NCBI RefSeq assembly: GCF_018398935.1 | Contig: NZ_CP074694.1 | Coordinates: forward strand, 4,530,001 to 4,562,000 | DNA length: 32,000 nt | From: Telmatocola sphagniphila | GTDB lineage: Bacteria; Planctomycetota; Planctomycetia; Gemmatales; Gemmataceae | Direction of reading: 5' to 3' | In this document: positions 30,879-32,000 of the stretch, piece by piece | Layout: every line of letters starts with the position of its first letter | Numbering within the stretch: position 1 is the first letter of the stretch | The notes under the pieces: generated by a model | Seen by the model: the letters and a program-made list of their open reading frames with translations, nothing else | Databases searched by the model: none | What the model was told of the DNA's origin: nothing | Translations under genes and position numbers: made by a program

Positions 30879-32000
30879 ATGATATTCTCCAACCCGAAGC
30901 GGATGAAACAGAAAACGCCCAATAAAGAATCGTGGTTCAATTTCTATGCCGGATATTCAGGGGCGTTTGTTCGAGACGTATTAGTTCAGGTGATGCCGAA
31001 TAATCAGGGGCGGGTGTTGGACCCGTGGAATGGGAGCGGTACCACTACAACAACTGCACATGAGCAAGGTATCGACTCTACCGGTATCGATATTAACCCA
31101 GTCATGATTATTGTCGCAAAGGCGAAATTACTGTCACCAGGAGTTGTTGAAAGCTTGCTGCCACTTGCAGAAGAGATTATTGCTTTAGCAAAGCAGACGA
31201 AAAAGCGAATCCATTATACCGACCCCCTCTTGGAATGGTTTACCCCGGCTGGGGCTTTACCAACTCGATTATTAGCTGACGCAATTTCCAAAATACTGAT
31301 GCCTAGCGAGGCTTGGGAGAAAGTATTCCTCTCAGACCATATTTGTCTAGTGTCTGATCTTGCCGCTTTCTTTCTGGTCGCTCTGTTTCGAACAACCAGA
31401 TCTCTCGTCGTGCGATTTCGACCAACCAACCCAACGTGGATCAAAGCGCCGGAATCTGACAAATGTCGGATTCGACCTAACCCCGAAAAAGTCTACGATG
31501 AGTTTCGTTTGAATATTCGGGAAATGCTGGCTGGGGTGGCACCAATTTCTGGGCAAGCAAACACAATTATTTCCCTCGGTTCATCTAGTGACCTTCCATT
31601 AGCAAAGAAGAGTGTCGATGCGGTTATTGCTTCACCGCCGTACTGTACAAGAATTGATTACGCAATTGCCACGAAGCCAGAATTGGCGGTACTTGGTTAT
31701 TCGCAGAAGAGAGATTTTGATTCTTTGCGGCGACTTATGATGGGTGGTCCTGTTGTTACCTCTTTAGCCAGTTCAACAAAATCAGGATGGGGTGAAAACT
31801 GCGTAAATTTCTTAAAAGCAGTTGAGACACATCCTTCGAAGGGATCACGCAGCTATTACCACAAGCTGTTCTTGCAATACTACGCTGCCATGTACGAATC
31901 ACTGCAAGAGATCAATCGTGTACTGGTACCTGATGGCCAGTGCGTCCTTGTGGTACAGGACTCCTTTTACAAAGAAGTACACATTGATGTTGCAAAGCAT
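30879..32000 (+). CDS. DNA methyltransferase (N6-adenine or N4-cytosine class), 3' end beyond the window; not in the supplied ORF track
   Basis: My own translation gives 374 sense codons with no stop, from ATG 30879 (TGA immediately upstream) to base 32000. The AdoMet motif I is VLDPWNGSGTTT (about 31017-31052). The catalytic motif IV is VIASPPYCTRIDY (SPPY = 31632-31643). Motif I precedes motif IV by about 200 aa. Confidence 0.8.
   Translation, partial: MIFSNPKRMKQKTPNKESWFNFYAGYSGAFVRDVLVQVMPNNQGRVLDPWNGSGTTTTTAHEQGIDSTGIDINPVMIIVAKAKLLSPGVVESLLPLAEEIIALAKQTKKRIHYTDPLLEWFTPAGALPTRLLADAISKILMPSEAWEKVFLSDHICLVSDLAAFFLVALFRTTRSLVVRFRPTNPTWIKAPESDKCRIRPNPEKVYDEFRLNIREMLAGVAPISGQANTIISLGSSSDLPLAKKSVDAVIASPPYCTRIDYAIATKPELAVLGYSQKRDFDSLRRLMMGGPVVTSLASSTKSGWGENCVNFLKAVETHPSKGSRSYYHKLFLQYYAAMYESLQEINRVLVPDGQCVLVVQDSFYKEVHIDVAKH

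Larger units (their letters stand above)
24610..32000. mobile_element. Integrative genomic island at the tRNA-Leu 3' end; the right boundary is beyond the window
   Basis: A tyrosine integrase starts 130 nt after the tRNA. Sequence becomes visibly more A/T-rich from about 26 kb. The cargo consists of a transposase relic, a DUF262 + HEPN-like pair and a methyltransferase. Confidence 0.7.

Noticed and set aside
24610-32000. A search for the second att repeat (a copy of the tRNA-Leu 3' end) to delimit the island
   Set aside because: Reading by eye found no convincing copy of 12 nt or more of ggttcaactcctgtcctcggca. The weak similarity at about 28872 (aaacggcatcgatc) is too short. The boundary is presumed to lie outside the window.
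1-32000. CRISPR arrays, rRNA, long tandem or inverted repeats, and intact IS elements
   Set aside because: Visual inspection found no spaced direct-repeat array, no rRNA-like segment and no intact transposase. The only repeats are the short codon-level low-complexity tracts already listed.

Overview
The window looks planctomycetal, because it carries a DUF1559 H-X9-DG pilin-like protein and a Tat-signal DUF1501 protein in a GC-rich background.

Left flank (1-4.5 kb): a DUF1559 gene cut by the window edge with a small lipoprotein after it, a DUF1501 gene, and a convergent secreted protein that joins a Gly/Tyr/Trp-rich tract to TPR-like helices.

Core (4551-23457, all on the minus strand): ten co-directional genes, most separated by short gaps, that look like one type IV filament (T2SS/T4P-like) operon. 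The order is pilB-like, pilT, second pilB-like, pilC/gspF, two GspG-like genes, then GspH-, GspI-, GspJ- and GspK-like genes. Every (pseudo)pilin is several-fold larger than its canonical counterpart (374-557 aa), and the set ends in an 1850-aa GspK-like giant. No secretin, GspC/L/M, PilMNOP or prepilin peptidase is visible. This is my best candidate for an undescribed system.

Right flank: a VOC-fold enzyme and tRNA-Leu(CAG), then a visibly lower-GC island with a tyrosine integrase that runs from about 24.6 kb to the window end. The island carries:
- a 724-aa polytopic membrane protein whose C-terminus looks YhhQ/DUF165-like;
- a transposase relic;
- a translationally coupled DUF262 + HEPN-like (RNYFAH) gene pair, which is a second candidate (defence) system;
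- a divergent DNA methyltransferase ORF that runs off the window and is absent from the supplied ORF track.

All family assignments come from motif reading by eye. No searches were run.
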